Positions 38,914 through 51,300 of a DNA stretch of 64,000 nucleotides are shown one piece after another. Position 1 is the first letter of the stretch. Each line of letters begins with the position of its first letter. The DNA is from Thermodesulfobacteriota bacterium. GTDB taxonomy: Bacteria; Desulfobacterota; Desulfobacteria; Desulfobacterales; C00003060. Where the stretch lies: contig JAXHVD010000020.1 in the NCBI GenBank assembly GCA_034189385.1, positions 1 to 64,000 of the forward strand. The letters are read 5' to 3'. The position numbers and the translations under genes are program-made. Under the pieces are notes generated by a model. The model was not told the DNA's origin. It saw nothing but the letters and a program-made list of their open reading frames with translations, and did not search any database.

Positions 38914-40089
38914 TCACGTATAGAGCAGGTAAGCCTTTCTCATATCCTTGAAGTCTTCTAGGTCGTCCTGCCAGGTTTTTCCCAAATCCTGGACAGCCAC
39001 GGCGTCCACCATGGCCTGTCGTATCGCTGGATCTCCTGTAATCATGTCAAATGGCATCTTCTCAAGTTCGTATTCATAGGGCGGTGGCTTCCATTGAAAC
39101 CGGTCAGGATAGAGGCTCACCACGGCCTGGAGTATGGTCAGGGTGGTTATGTAGGGCCGGTATGCCGCTGGATCCAGGATGTGGAGTTGAAAGCCATGAC
39201 ACAGCTCGCCGGTCCACTTGTTGGAGGTGGGCTCAAAGACAAGGGGGCGGAGGTACAAGCCAGCCAGGTTCTGGCCAAGGAGGTGCTCCTGAACAGCGGC
39301 TGCATTGATAAAGGGCGCTCCGAAGATCTCAAAGGGCTGGGTCGTACCCCGTCCCTCAGAGACATTGGTCCCTTCCCAGAGGACTTGTCCTGGATAGACG
39401 AGCGCCGAGGTGGATGTGGGCAGGTTGGGGCTGGGCGCTACCCATGGCAACCCCGTATCATGGAACAGCATGTCCCGCCTCCATCCTAACATGGGAACCA
39501 CGGTCACGTCGCAGGCTATGCCAAAATGGCCGACAAAGAGCTGGGCCAGTTCTCCCATGGTCAAACCATGGCGCATGGGAATGGGATACATACCCACAAA
39601 AGAGGCAAGGGCCGGTTTTAAACAGTTGCCTTCCAAACGCTTTCCCCCAAGGGGATTGGGGCGGTCCAAGACCACGACCTGGGTGCCATGGGAGCCGGCG
39701 GCTTGCAGGCATAAGGCCATGGTGTAAATGAAGGTGTAGACACGGGTTCCCACATCCTGGAGGTCGATGATGAGCGTGTCTATTTGTTCAAGCATGGGGT
39801 CTGTGGGGGCTGTGCGTTGCCCATAGAGGCTATAGACGGGGATCTTAAGCAGGGGGTGGGACCAATCCTCCGAAGGGACCATGTTATCCTGCTTTTCAGC
39901 GTAGAAGCCGTGCTGGGGGCTGAAGAGAACCCTGAGCTGGTCGGGGAAGTGGTCTTGGATCAACCTCCAACTCGGCTGAAGGTCCTTGGCCACGCTGGCG
40001 GCATTCGCCAGGAGCCCAAGGCGTTTGCCTCTGACCATGGGCAGGGGGTCAGCGACAAGGGTTTCAATGCCGGTTTGAACGGGTTTCAT
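38914..40089 (-). CDS. namZ: DUF1343 exo-beta-N-acetylmuramidase NamZ-like
   Basis: FSPQHG, DLQDVGTRVYT, LDRPNP, RHGLTMGELA, PSPN, SEGRGT. Confidence 0.9.
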   Translation of the reverse strand: MKPVQTGIETLVADPLPMVRGKRLGLLANAASVAKDLQPSWRLIQDHFPDQLRVLFSPQHGFYAEKQDNMVPSEDWSHPLLKIPVYSLYGQRTAPTDPMLEQIDTLIIDLQDVGTRVYTFIYTMALCLQAAGSHGTQVVVLDRPNPLGGKRLEGNCLKPALASFVGMYPIPMRHGLTMGELAQLFVGHFGIACDVTVVPMLGWRRDMLFHDTGLPWVAPSPNLPTSTSALVYPGQVLWEGTNVSEGRGTTQPFEIFGAPFINAAAVQEHLLGQNLAGLYLRPLVFEPTSNKWTGELCHGFQLHILDPAAYRPYITTLTILQAVVSLYPDRFQWKPPPYEYELEKMPFDMITGDPAIRQAMVDAVAVQDLGKTWQDDLEDFKDMRKAYLLYT

Positions 40090-40279
40090 GGTTACACCTT
40101 TTGAAAGAAAACCAGCATACGACGGCCCTTCTGCTTTTGCAAGGCGCAAGGCAGAGGGCCTTCCCCCAAAAGCCCCTGTTTCCGCCGCTCAGGCCCCTGT
40201 TGGGTTGCCAGTCAGATGTTTGGCGAGGGAACAGGAAACCTTGAGATCTGAAATGCCGATCAATGGGGAGATGTCTTAA

Positions 40280-40478
40280 CGGGCTCTTGCTGAAATCCCT
40301 TTGCGCTGGCTCTGAAACGTTTTTTGATAAATCTAGGGCTCACTCCAGGTGATGTCAAAACTCTCCGCCTCCGGCGGATCAAACAGTTGACATCACCGAT
40401 CTTCTGCTTCGCCAAGATTTGTTGACAAAAAACGCTTCAATAAGCGCTCAAACGGATTTTGGTTTGGGCAACAGCCCG
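40280..40478. mobile_element. 199-bp non-coding fold-back element (MITE-like) flanked by TTAA
   Basis: TTAA|cgggct...agcccg|TTAA; terminal inverted repeats 13/16; internal ggtgatgtcaa/ttgacatcacc stem. Confidence 0.75.
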
Positions 40479-40681
40479 TTAAGGCTCGATCTCTTTTCTC
40501 CTTTTTTGCCAAAAGGCTCAAAGTCGCTGGCAAGGGGCTTTTTGCGATTTCATGCTTTTTCATGGAGAAGAATTGTGGTAGCACATGGTCCGGTGAAACC
40601 AGTTGGAGCAACAGGAGATCTGGAGGACACTCTCCCCTTTACTTGTGACCAAAGCAGAATGGAAGGCAAGGTGAAATCAAG

Positions 40682-41785
40682 ATGGATAGCATAAAAGTGC
40701 CTGACTACATTGCCAGGCTTAAGGCCTACGTGGCCGGCAAACCGATTGAGGAATTGGAACGCGAATACGGCATCAGCGATTCTATCAAGCTGGCATCCAA
40801 TGAGAACCCCCTGGGCCCGTCTCCAAGGGCCGTTGCGGCCATCATGGGGCGGGTAAAGGACCTGCACCGCTATCCTGACGCAAACAGTCATCTCCTCAGA
40901 GAGCGCCTGGCAGAGAAGCTCCATGTCCAAAGCCCTCAGATTGTCCTTGGAAACGGTTCCAATGAAATCATTGAATTGCTGGTCCGCACCTTTCTTCAGG
41001 AAGGCGATGAAGTGATCATGCCGACGCCTTCGTTTCTGATGTATGAGATCATGGTGCAGGCTGGCGGCGGGACACCTGTCAAGGTGCCCCTGAAAGAACG
41101 CGTGGTTGACCTGGAAGCCATGGCAAGACAGCTTTCCGGAAGGACCCGTATGGTCTTTGTGAACAACCCCAACAATCCCACTGGAACGATCGTCTCTAGG
41201 GATGGCTTTGAATGGTTTCTCGGGGAGATCCCTTCAACGGCGTTGGTGGTGGTGGATGAGGCCTACATCGAGTTTGTAAGAGATAGGCATTGCCCTGTAG
41301 GGCTTGACTATCTGGACAACGAGAAGACCGTTGTGGGGCTGCGCACCTTTTCCAAGGCCTATGGCCTGGCTGGCCTTCGCTTAGGCTATGGGGTGATGAG
41401 GCAGGAGCTGGCGGACCTGATCCACCGGGTCAGGCAACCCTTTAATGTCAATTCCCTGGCACAGATCGGGGCCTTGGCGGCATTGGACGACGATGAGTTC
41501 TTTGACGAGACGATCCGGACCATCCACCTGGGGCTGGTTTTTTTCTTTGAGCAGTTAGAGGGGCTGGGGCTTCAGTGTTTTCCTTCACAGACGAACTTTT
41601 TTCTCGTAGACGTTCAGCGAGACGCCAAAAGCGTTTTTGAAGGGATGCTCCGCAGAGGGGTGATCATCCGTCCCATGACCGCCTACGGTTATCCCACCTA
41701 CATCCGCATCAATGTCGGGCTCCCAGAAGAAAACCAACGATGCGTCCAGGCACTGAAAGAGGTCCTGCAAGGGGAGTCAGGATGA
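40682..41785 (+). CDS. hisC: Histidinol-phosphate aminotransferase
   Basis: KLASNENPLG, NPNNPTG, DEAYIEF, RTFSKAYGLAGLRLGY. Confidence 0.95.
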   Translation: MDSIKVPDYIARLKAYVAGKPIEELEREYGISDSIKLASNENPLGPSPRAVAAIMGRVKDLHRYPDANSHLLRERLAEKLHVQSPQIVLGNGSNEIIELLVRTFLQEGDEVIMPTPSFLMYEIMVQAGGGTPVKVPLKERVVDLEAMARQLSGRTRMVFVNNPNNPTGTIVSRDGFEWFLGEIPSTALVVVDEAYIEFVRDRHCPVGLDYLDNEKTVVGLRTFSKAYGLAGLRLGYGVMRQELADLIHRVRQPFNVNSLAQIGALAALDDDEFFDETIRTIHLGLVFFFEQLEGLGLQCFPSQTNFFLVDVQRDAKSVFEGMLRRGVIIRPMTAYGYPTYIRINVGLPEENQRCVQALKEVLQGESG

Positions 41786-42459
41786 AACGGCTTCTAGTGA
41801 CCATTGACGGCCCTGCAGGGGCTGGCAAAAGCACGGTGAGTCGATTGTTGGCAAAACGCCTCCAGTATACCTATGTTGACACAGGAGCCCTATATCGCGC
41901 CGTGGCCCTGGCGGTGCTGGCGGCAGATGGTGCGGCAGATGACGAGACCAAGATAGAACAGATTCTGAAAGATCTCAAGCTCGCCTATCAAGAGAGCAGG
42001 GAGGGCTTGAGGCTCCATATGAACGGGCTGGATGTCACCGATCAACTGAGGACCCAGGAGATCACTATGCTTGCATCGGCTGTGTCGGCACGCTCTGACG
42101 TGAGGCAATACCTTCTGGGGGTGCAACGGGAGATGGGAAAAGAGGGGGGGGCTGTCTTTGAGGGGAGGGACATGGGGACCGTGGTGTTCCCCAGTGCTGA
42201 CGTGAAGTTCTACCTGGATGCTGAGTTAAGGGTCCGCGCCCTGAGACGTTACAAAGAATTATCTGTTGTGCTGCCTGGAACAAGCGTCAGCCTGGAAGAG
42301 GTTACAGATGGCATGAAGAAAAGAGATGAGGATGACTCCAACCGTGCCTTGGCCCCTCTAAGTGCCGCTAAAGACGCCGTTAGAATCGATTCAAGTTTTC
42401 TTAACATCGAACAAGTGGTTGACCTCATGCTCCATCACATTCCCTGTTCAGTTAAATAA
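41782..42459 (+). CDS. cmk: Cytidylate kinase
   Basis: IDGPAGAGKST, DTGALYRA, EGRDMGTVVFP. Confidence 0.97.
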   Translation: MKRLLVTIDGPAGAGKSTVSRLLAKRLQYTYVDTGALYRAVALAVLAADGAADDETKIEQILKDLKLAYQESREGLRLHMNGLDVTDQLRTQEITMLASAVSARSDVRQYLLGVQREMGKEGGAVFEGRDMGTVVFPSADVKFYLDAELRVRALRRYKELSVVLPGTSVSLEEVTDGMKKRDEDDSNRALAPLSAAKDAVRIDSSFLNIEQVVDLMLHHIPCSVK

Positions 42460-42557
42460 AGGTTGTTTTTTCTTAGAGTACTTGCTATAGAATTTTTTTT
42501 TAAGCCGGCACATAGCCCAGTGCTGGTTGAAAAAATAGTGAAGGGGGCAAACGTTTA

Positions 42558-44729
42558 ATGGAACCGTTGGAAGAGAAGACTCAAGACGAACAACAAACAC
42601 AGGAACCAGAGATGGACGAGCAGGGCTCGGCTGAAGTCACGGAGTCAGAAAAACCCGAAGGGCTTGAGGTAGCGGAAAAAGAGCCAGCACAAGAAGACTC
42701 CCATTCCAGTGAGGGGGCTCCAGATGAGGGGAGTGTGGAAGCCACACAAAGCCCCGAGGGTAAGGAAGAAGCCCTCATGGAGATGTATGAAGAAAGCATT
42801 AGACGTGTGCGGGAAGGGGAGATTGTTCAAGGCAAAATCATTCAGGTGGACAAAGAATTTGTGCTGGTCGACATTGGGTATAAGTCTGAAGGGCAAGTCC
42901 CTATTGACGAGTTTGTGGGCCCAGATGGGACTGTCGAGGCCGTCGTGGGCGACACCATCGAGATCATGGTGGAACGCTGGGAGGACGAAGACGGTGGTGT
43001 GCGGCTTTCCAAAGAAAAGGCCTCAAGGGTGAAGGTTTGGGATGATATCAAGAAAGCCTACGAAGATGATGGAGTTGTTCAGGGGACTGTTTCCAGTCGG
43101 ATCAAGGGGGGGCTTTCCGTAGATATTGGTATCCCAGCATTTCTCCCTGGCTCTCAGGTGGATCTGCGACCCGTGCGGGACCTTGATCAAATGGTTGGCA
43201 ACACCTTTGATTTTAAGGTCCTCAAGTATAACCGAAAGCGGAGCAATGTTGTATTGTCGAGGCGGGTGATTCTGGAAAAGGAGCGGGAGGCCAAGCGTGC
43301 AGAGACTCTTGCGACCATCCACGAAGGCAAAGTGATGGAGGGTGTGGTCAAGAATATCACGGAATACGGGGTATTCGTTGATTTGGGAGGTATTGACGGA
43401 CTTCTCCACATCACGGACATGTCCTGGGGCCGAGTGAACTATCCTTCTGAGATGTTCTCCATGGGAGACGATATTACGGTAAAGGTGCTGAACCTTGATC
43501 TGGAGCGCGAACGGGTATCTTTAGGGTTGAAACAGCTGGTGCCAGACCCGTGGACAACAGCAGAAGAGAAGTATCCTATAGGCTCTCATGTTGTGGGTCG
43601 GGTCGTAAGTCTTACAGATTACGGGGCCTTTGTGGAGTTGGAAAAGGGGGTCGAAGGACTGATCCACGTTTCTGAGATGTCTTGGACGAGAAAGATCCGG
43701 CATCCTTCCAAGGTCGTGTCCGTTGGAGAGACAGTGGAGGCCGTTGTACTGAATATCTCTGCTGAGAACAGAAGGATCTCCCTCGGCATGAAACAGGTGG
43801 TTCCGAATCCATGGGATGTGATTGCGGAGAAATACCCCGTGGGGACTACCATTGAAGGAAAGATTAAGAATATTACTGACTTCGGCCTGTTCATCGGGAT
43901 CGATGAGGGGATTGACGGCCTGGTCCATATTTCTGACATATCTTGGACAAAGCGCATTAGGCACCCCTCAGAGCTCTACAAGAAGGGCGATGAAATCCAG
44001 GCCGTGGTACTCAATATTGACAAGGAGAACGAGCGCTTCTCTTTGGGCATCAAACAGCTTCAACGGGACCCGTGGGAAGCCGTTCCTGAACGCTATAATG
44101 TGGGAAGTAAGATCACCGGCACCGTGACAAACGTGACGGACTTCGGTGTCTTTGTAGAGTTGGAAGAAGGCATTGAGGGCCTTGTCCATGTGTCAGAAGT
44201 GACCAGGGAGAAGCTTAAAACCCCCCTAGGGAGGCTCCAAGTCGGAGAAATCGTGTCTGCAAAAGTCCTCAACGTCAATCCAAAAGAGCGGCGGATCGGT
44301 CTTTCCATTAAACAGATTGAGGTGGACGAGGAACATGATTTGGTGTCTGATTACCTGACGAATTATAGTGGTCCTGCCTCGAGTTTAGGGGAGGTATTAA
44401 AGGAAAATCTCAAAGAAAAAGCCCCTGACGATTCTGTTCCAGAGGCCCCTGAGACATCGGCTGAAGAACCTGAACCAGCTGAAGCAGAGACGGAGAAAGA
44501 GGACAACCAAGGTGAAGAAGATGTCTTAGCCCCGGAGGCAGACGGTGACAGTGACGAGGTCCTGACAGAGGGTGAGGACGACACAGCAGAGGGTGAGGAC
44601 GACACAGCAGTGACAGCCTCCACTGATGGGGAGACAGTGGCTTCTGGGCAAATGGTGGAGGACGTGCCTGATGCAACCCTAGAGGAGCCCGTTGAGGCTG
44701 ACATAGACGAGGACAGCGACGACAGATAG
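42558..44729 (+). CDS. rpsA: 30S ribosomal protein S1 with long acidic N- and C-terminal extensions
   Basis: Six S1 repeats (DGLLHITDMSW, EGLIHVSEMSW, etc.); cmk-rpsA synteny. Confidence 0.97.
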   Translation: MEPLEEKTQDEQQTQEPEMDEQGSAEVTESEKPEGLEVAEKEPAQEDSHSSEGAPDEGSVEATQSPEGKEEALMEMYEESIRRVREGEIVQGKIIQVDKEFVLVDIGYKSEGQVPIDEFVGPDGTVEAVVGDTIEIMVERWEDEDGGVRLSKEKASRVKVWDDIKKAYEDDGVVQGTVSSRIKGGLSVDIGIPAFLPGSQVDLRPVRDLDQMVGNTFDFKVLKYNRKRSNVVLSRRVILEKEREAKRAETLATIHEGKVMEGVVKNITEYGVFVDLGGIDGLLHITDMSWGRVNYPSEMFSMGDDITVKVLNLDLERERVSLGLKQLVPDPWTTAEEKYPIGSHVVGRVVSLTDYGAFVELEKGVEGLIHVSEMSWTRKIRHPSKVVSVGETVEAVVLNISAENRRISLGMKQVVPNPWDVIAEKYPVGTTIEGKIKNITDFGLFIGIDEGIDGLVHISDISWTKRIRHPSELYKKGDEIQAVVLNIDKENERFSLGIKQLQRDPWEAVPERYNVGSKITGTVTNVTDFGVFVELEEGIEGLVHVSEVTREKLKTPLGRLQVGEIVSAKVLNVNPKERRIGLSIKQIEVDEEHDLVSDYLTNYSGPASSLGEVLKENLKEKAPDDSVPEAPETSAEEPEPAEAETEKEDNQGEEDVLAPEADGDSDEVLTEGEDDTAEGEDDTAVTASTDGETVASGQMVEDVPDATLEEPVEADIDEDSDDR
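44566..44607 (+). repeat. Perfect 21-bp tandem duplication within the rpsA tail
   Basis: cagagggtgaggacgacacag x2 (EGEDDTA x2). Confidence 0.9.
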
Positions 44730-44916
44730 AGCAGGGGGGCTGTGATAGAGCCCGTTGGCCCCATACTTCAAGTGCTTTTCGTCCGACAAGTTAAGATTCT
44801 TACAATCAGATGAGGACATCTTTTGTTGAGCGGGGCTTGACCGTTCACTCAGGTTCTCTGACTAGACTACGCACACCCCCGTTGAAACCGTTTGGACACC
44901 TGCCCTGAAAGATACA

Positions 44917-45825
44917 ATGTTTGCTAGAAGACACCCTATCTTATTTTCCATCCTGGTTCTTTGCGGGATGGGGGCCATTGTGATTATCAGTTTGGGGGCC
45001 TTCTTATTCCTCGGGATCATGGACTCCACCTTTGAGTTTGGCCAACAGGTCGGAGTGGTTGAGATTCGCGGCCTTATTTCTAATCCCAAGCCTATCCTGA
45101 GCCAACTGAAGGAATTCCGCGACAACAAGGACGTGAAAGCGATTGTGTTGCGGATTGATTCTCCTGGTGGTGGGGTGGGACCGTCTCAGGAGATTCACGG
45201 GGAGGTAGTAAAGACCAGGCGTGTGAAAAAGGTGGTGGCCTCCATGGGTGCCATAGCGGCTTCAGGTGGATATTATGTGGCCTCAGGCGCCGATCACATC
45301 ATGGCAAATCCAGGTAGCATCACTGGAAGTATCGGGGTGGTGATGGAGTTTGCCAATCTGGAAGAGCTTTTTAAGAAGATAGGGGTGTCGGCTTTTGTCC
45401 TGAAGAGCGGGGAGTACAAAGACGTGGGCTCCCCATTTCGACAAATGACCGCCCAGGAAAAGGAACTGTTACAGGGCTTTGTCGACAATGTACACCAGCA
45501 GTTTGTGGCTACGGTGGCTGGGGCGCGGCAGATTCCTGAGGAGGAGATTCTGGCTATTGCTGATGGTCGGATCCTCTCGGGAGAACAGGCCCAGGAAATG
45601 GGTCTGTTGGACAGCTTAGGCAACCTGGAGGATGCTATTGCCTTAGCCGCTGAGCTTGGCGGCATTGAAGGTGAACCCTCTGTTGTTTACGGGGAAGATG
45701 ACAAGTTTTCACTCTTGGAGGACCTTCTGGGTCTGTCACTGGGTGAGGTCATGGATGACATAACGGCTGCGGCGCTCCGTTGCGGATATCTTTGTGTGCC
45801 TGTTCAGGGGGCGGGAAATGGTTAG
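44917..45825 (+). CDS. sppA: Signal peptide peptidase SppA (S49, short form)
   Basis: IDSPGG, AASGGYY, TGSIGV, KSGEYKD. Confidence 0.95.
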   Translation: MFARRHPILFSILVLCGMGAIVIISLGAFLFLGIMDSTFEFGQQVGVVEIRGLISNPKPILSQLKEFRDNKDVKAIVLRIDSPGGGVGPSQEIHGEVVKTRRVKKVVASMGAIAASGGYYVASGADHIMANPGSITGSIGVVMEFANLEELFKKIGVSAFVLKSGEYKDVGSPFRQMTAQEKELLQGFVDNVHQQFVATVAGARQIPEEEILAIADGRILSGEQAQEMGLLDSLGNLEDAIALAAELGGIEGEPSVVYGEDDKFSLLEDLLGLSLGEVMDDITAAALRCGYLCVPVQGAGNG

Positions 45826-46096
45826 AGGGGAGCTCGTAGATGCCCTTGTTAAGACATTTCCGGGGATTACCAAGCAGGATATGTCTAGCGTTGTTGACAC
45901 CCTCTTTGGCTCCATGGCCCAAGCTCTGATGGTGGGAGAAGCTGTTGAAGTGCGAGGCGTGGGCCGTTTCAAGGTGAAGGAGCGTGGTCCCATGGCAGGA
46001 AGAAACCCCAAGACCAAAACTTCTGTAAATGTCCCTACCCGTTGGGTGGTCCGTTTTAAGGCCGCCGACAGCCTCATCAAGCGGATCAATTCTTAG
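45818..46096 (+). CDS. ihfB: Integration host factor beta / HU-family protein
   Basis: VEVRGVGRF, GRNPKT; rpsA-sppA-ihfB synteny. Confidence 0.85.
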   Translation: MVRGELVDALVKTFPGITKQDMSSVVDTLFGSMAQALMVGEAVEVRGVGRFKVKERGPMAGRNPKTKTSVNVPTRWVVRFKAADSLIKRINS

Positions 46097-46141
46097 CGGT
46101 TCAGCCTTGGCACCCAGTAGCCCCATGACGGGTTTGGCTCG

Positions 46142-46756
46142 CTAAACTGATTTGAAGATACTCACATCTCCCAAGCCTTCCCTGATGACCTCTGGCGTGT
46201 CGTCAATAAGAGCAACTACACTGGAAGGCCCTCCGGGAACCGGGCCGCCGTCAATGACGAGGTCCACTTGATGGCCAAGGGTTTCATGAATGAGAGACGG
46301 ATCAGACAGGACCTGGCCATCGGCTAGAGTTGCCGTGGTAGATATGACAGGATGTCCCAGTCCTCTGACCAAGGCCCAACAGATGGGGTGGTTTGGGACT
46401 CGAATCCCTGCTGTCCTGCGTCTTGTCAGCATGATTTTTGGCACGAGCCGAGACCCTTCCAGAATAAAGGTGTAGGGGCCGGGCAGCAACCTCTTCATGT
46501 TCTTGTATGCGTAGTTCGAGACCTTGGCGTATTCGCTAATGTTCTTCAAGTCACAACAGATAAAACTGAAGGGCTTTTTCTGGTTCCTCTGTTTCAGCCG
46601 ATAGATTTTTCCGATAGCCTTCTTGTTCATAATGTCGCAACCAATGCCGTAGTATGTGTCTGTGGGGTACGAAATGGTTCCGCCGTCACGAAGGATCTGG
46701 ACCGCCTTGTGGATCAAACGGGGTTGCGGATTTTTAGGATTAATAGCGACAAGCAT
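46142..46756 (-). CDS. Sua5/YciO/YrdC family protein
   Basis: YPTDTYYGIGC, LPGPYTFIL, GIRVP; YciO-like N-terminus NPQPRLI. Confidence 0.9.
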   Translation of the reverse strand: MLVAINPKNPQPRLIHKAVQILRDGGTISYPTDTYYGIGCDIMNKKAIGKIYRLKQRNQKKPFSFICCDLKNISEYAKVSNYAYKNMKRLLPGPYTFILEGSRLVPKIMLTRRRTAGIRVPNHPICWALVRGLGHPVISTTATLADGQVLSDPSLIHETLGHQVDLVIDGGPVPGGPSSVVALIDDTPEVIREGLGDVSIFKSV

Positions 46757-46892
46757 CGTATCTACAATTCTTTAACACAAAGAAGAAAGCCCCTTGCCAG
46801 TTGGTTAGCTATAGTTTTCTATGGTCGTTGTTGTCAAGGAGACAATGATCCTGACCAAATAAATCGTTGCCAAAGGGCAGCCCATCTGGTAA

Positions 46893-48388
<1,496 letters not shown>

Positions 48389-48389
<1 letters not shown>

Positions 48390-51300
48390 TGTCCTCGTCG
48401 GATTTCGTCCACCTCCATATCCACACCCAGTACAGCCTCCTTGACGGGGCCATTCGCATTGATTCCCTGCTACAGCGCGCGTCATCCTTTCACATGCCCT
48501 CTCTTGCCATCACAGACCATGGGACCATGTACGGTACTATCGAGTTCTATGAAAAGGCCTATGCGGCCGGCATCAAACCGATCATCGGTTGCGAGGTCTA
48601 TGTGGCGCCCACAACCCGTTTTGACAAGGACCCTCGTCACAAGACCGGGGCCTATCATCTTGTTCTATTGGTAAAAAATGCCAAAGGGTACAAGAATCTT
48701 TGTAGGCTTGTTACAGCGGCCCATCTTGAGGGATTCTACTACAAGCCTCGAGTGGACAAGACCATCCTTTCCGAGTGCAGTGAAGGACTCATCGCACTGA
48801 GCGCCTGTCTTCATGGAGAGATCCCCCGGCTAATTCAAGCCGGACGTCCTGAGAAGGCGGCAGAGGTGGCCCGTACCTACGAGAGGATGTTCGGCGAAGA
48901 GAATTTCTATCTCGAGGTCCAGAAGAATGGAATCGAGGCCCAAGAAACCGTCAACCGGGCCTTGTTGGAGATGAGCCAGGAGCTTTCCATGCCCTTGGTG
49001 GCCACCAATGACTGCCACTATCTGGATAGAGAAGATGCCCGGGCCCATGACATCTTGTTGTGTGTTCAGACAGGCAAGACTGTTCGGGAAGAGAACCGTC
49101 TCAAGTTCCGAACAGATGAACTCTATTTCAAGAGTCCTGAGGAGATGCGGTCGGCCTTTGCCGGCTATCCAAATGCCATCGAGAATTCGGTTCATATTAG
49201 CAATCGTTGCAACCTAGAGCTTGACCTGACCACTTATCACTTTCCCAGATTCTCTGTTCCCAGTGAATTGTCGCACAGGGAGACCGACCCAACTGACGAT
49301 GGTCCCTCTACGGTGGTACGACACCTTGAGAAAGAGGCCAGGCGGGGGCTGGAAGAACGGTTGGCTGAGATACGTGCAAGAAACCCAGGCCTTTCAGCAT
49401 CTGACACCCAGCAGTATGAAGAACGCCTTGACCAAGAGCTTGAGGTCATTAAGCAGATGGGTTTCTCTAGTTATTTTCTGGTGGTGGCAGATTTTGTTCG
49501 CTTTGCCAAGGAGCAAGGTATCCCTGTGGGGCCGGGACGTGGATCGGCGGCCGGCAGTGTAGTGGCCTATGCCCTGAAGATCACGGATTTGGACCCCATT
49601 GACTACGGGCTCATCTTTGAACGGTTTCTGAACCCTGCGCGGAAGAGTATGCCCGACATCGATGTCGATTTCTGCATAGAAGGTCGAGAAGCGGTCTTCA
49701 AATATATTGTGGAGAAATATGGCGGCCCTGACCATGTGGCCCAGATCATTACATTTGGCAAAATGCAGGCCAGGGCTGCTATAAGGGACGTGGGAAGGGC
49801 CCTTGATATCCCCCTGCGGGAAGTTGATAGCATTGCCAAGATGATACCCGAAGTGCTCAATATCAGTCTGGAGAGCGCTCTGTCTCAAGAGCCGAAGCTG
49901 AAACGCCTGGCAGAGGAGAACCCCCACATAGCAGAACTTCTCAAAGGGGCCCAAGCCTTGGAAGGATTGCCAAGGCATGCCTCCACCCATGCGGCAGGCG
50001 TCGTGATCTCAGATCGGCCCCTCGTCGACTACCTTCCTCTTACTAGGGGTAAAAAGGGGGAGGTGGTGACGCAGTATGACATGAAGGCCATAGAACGGAT
50101 CGGGCTCATCAAATTTGATCTCTTGGGCCTTCGAAACCTGACAGTCATGAAACACACGTGCCAGATCATTGCCAAAGGGGGCGGCATGCCTCCAGATCTG
50201 ACCAACCTGGATCTCACTGACAAACAGACCTTTGGACTGCTTGCATCGGCCCATACCACCGGAGTCTTCCAGCTCGAGAGTTCGGGCATGAAAGATCTTT
50301 TGCTTCGTCTGAAGCCAGCCTGTTTTGAAGACATCGTTGCCCTGGTAGCCCTTTATCGTCCGGGACCGTTAGATAGTGGCATGCACGAGGAGTTCGTGAA
50401 AAGGAAGAACGGCCAGGTCGAGGTGACCTACATTGTGCCGGAGCTTGAACCCATCTTAAAAGATACCTATGGGGTGATTTTGTATCAAGAGCAGGTCATG
50501 AACATTGCCGGGGTGCTGGCAGACTACTCCATGGCCGAGGCGGATAATCTTCGAAAGGCCATGGGGAAGAAAATCGCCGATATGATGACCCACGAGCGGG
50601 ACCGTTTTCTCACAAGGTCCAAGAAAAAGGGGTTGAATTCAGAGAAGGCCGAAAAGATCTTCGATCTCATGGAGACGTTTGGGCGCTATGGCTTTAACAA
50701 GGCTCACAGCGCTGCCTATGCCATGATCGCTTATCAGACGGCCTATCTCAAGGCCCACTTTCCCGTTGAATTCATGGCCGCCATTCTGACCAGCGAGATG
50801 AACACAACGGAGGAGGTGGTCAAATACATCGCCGAATGCCGGAATCACGACATCCAGATCTTGCCTCCTGATATAAACCAAAGTGAAACGAGTTTTACTG
50901 TGGTAGAAGGGGCCATCCGTTTTGGCTTGGCTGCTGTCAAGAATGTGGGAGAGGGGGCCATTGAATCGATTCTCCAGGCACGAGACGAAGAGGGCCCCTT
51001 TAAGTCCCTATTTGATTTTTGCGAACGCGTGGATCACAGAAAAGTCAACCGGAGAGTCATTGAGAGTCTAATCAAATGCGGTGCCTTTGATTCCACGGGG
51101 GCAAAACGTTCCCAGATGATGTCCCTGCTGGAAGAGGCTGTTGAAATAGGCCAGAAGATTCAAAAGGATCGCATTGACGGCCAGTTCAGCCTTTTTGAGA
51201 TCATGGGCGGCAAGGCCCAGGAAGTGATCTATCCTCCTGTTCCCGAGATAAAGGAGTGGGACGACAGCCAGCTCTTGAACTATGAGAAGGAATCCCTTGG

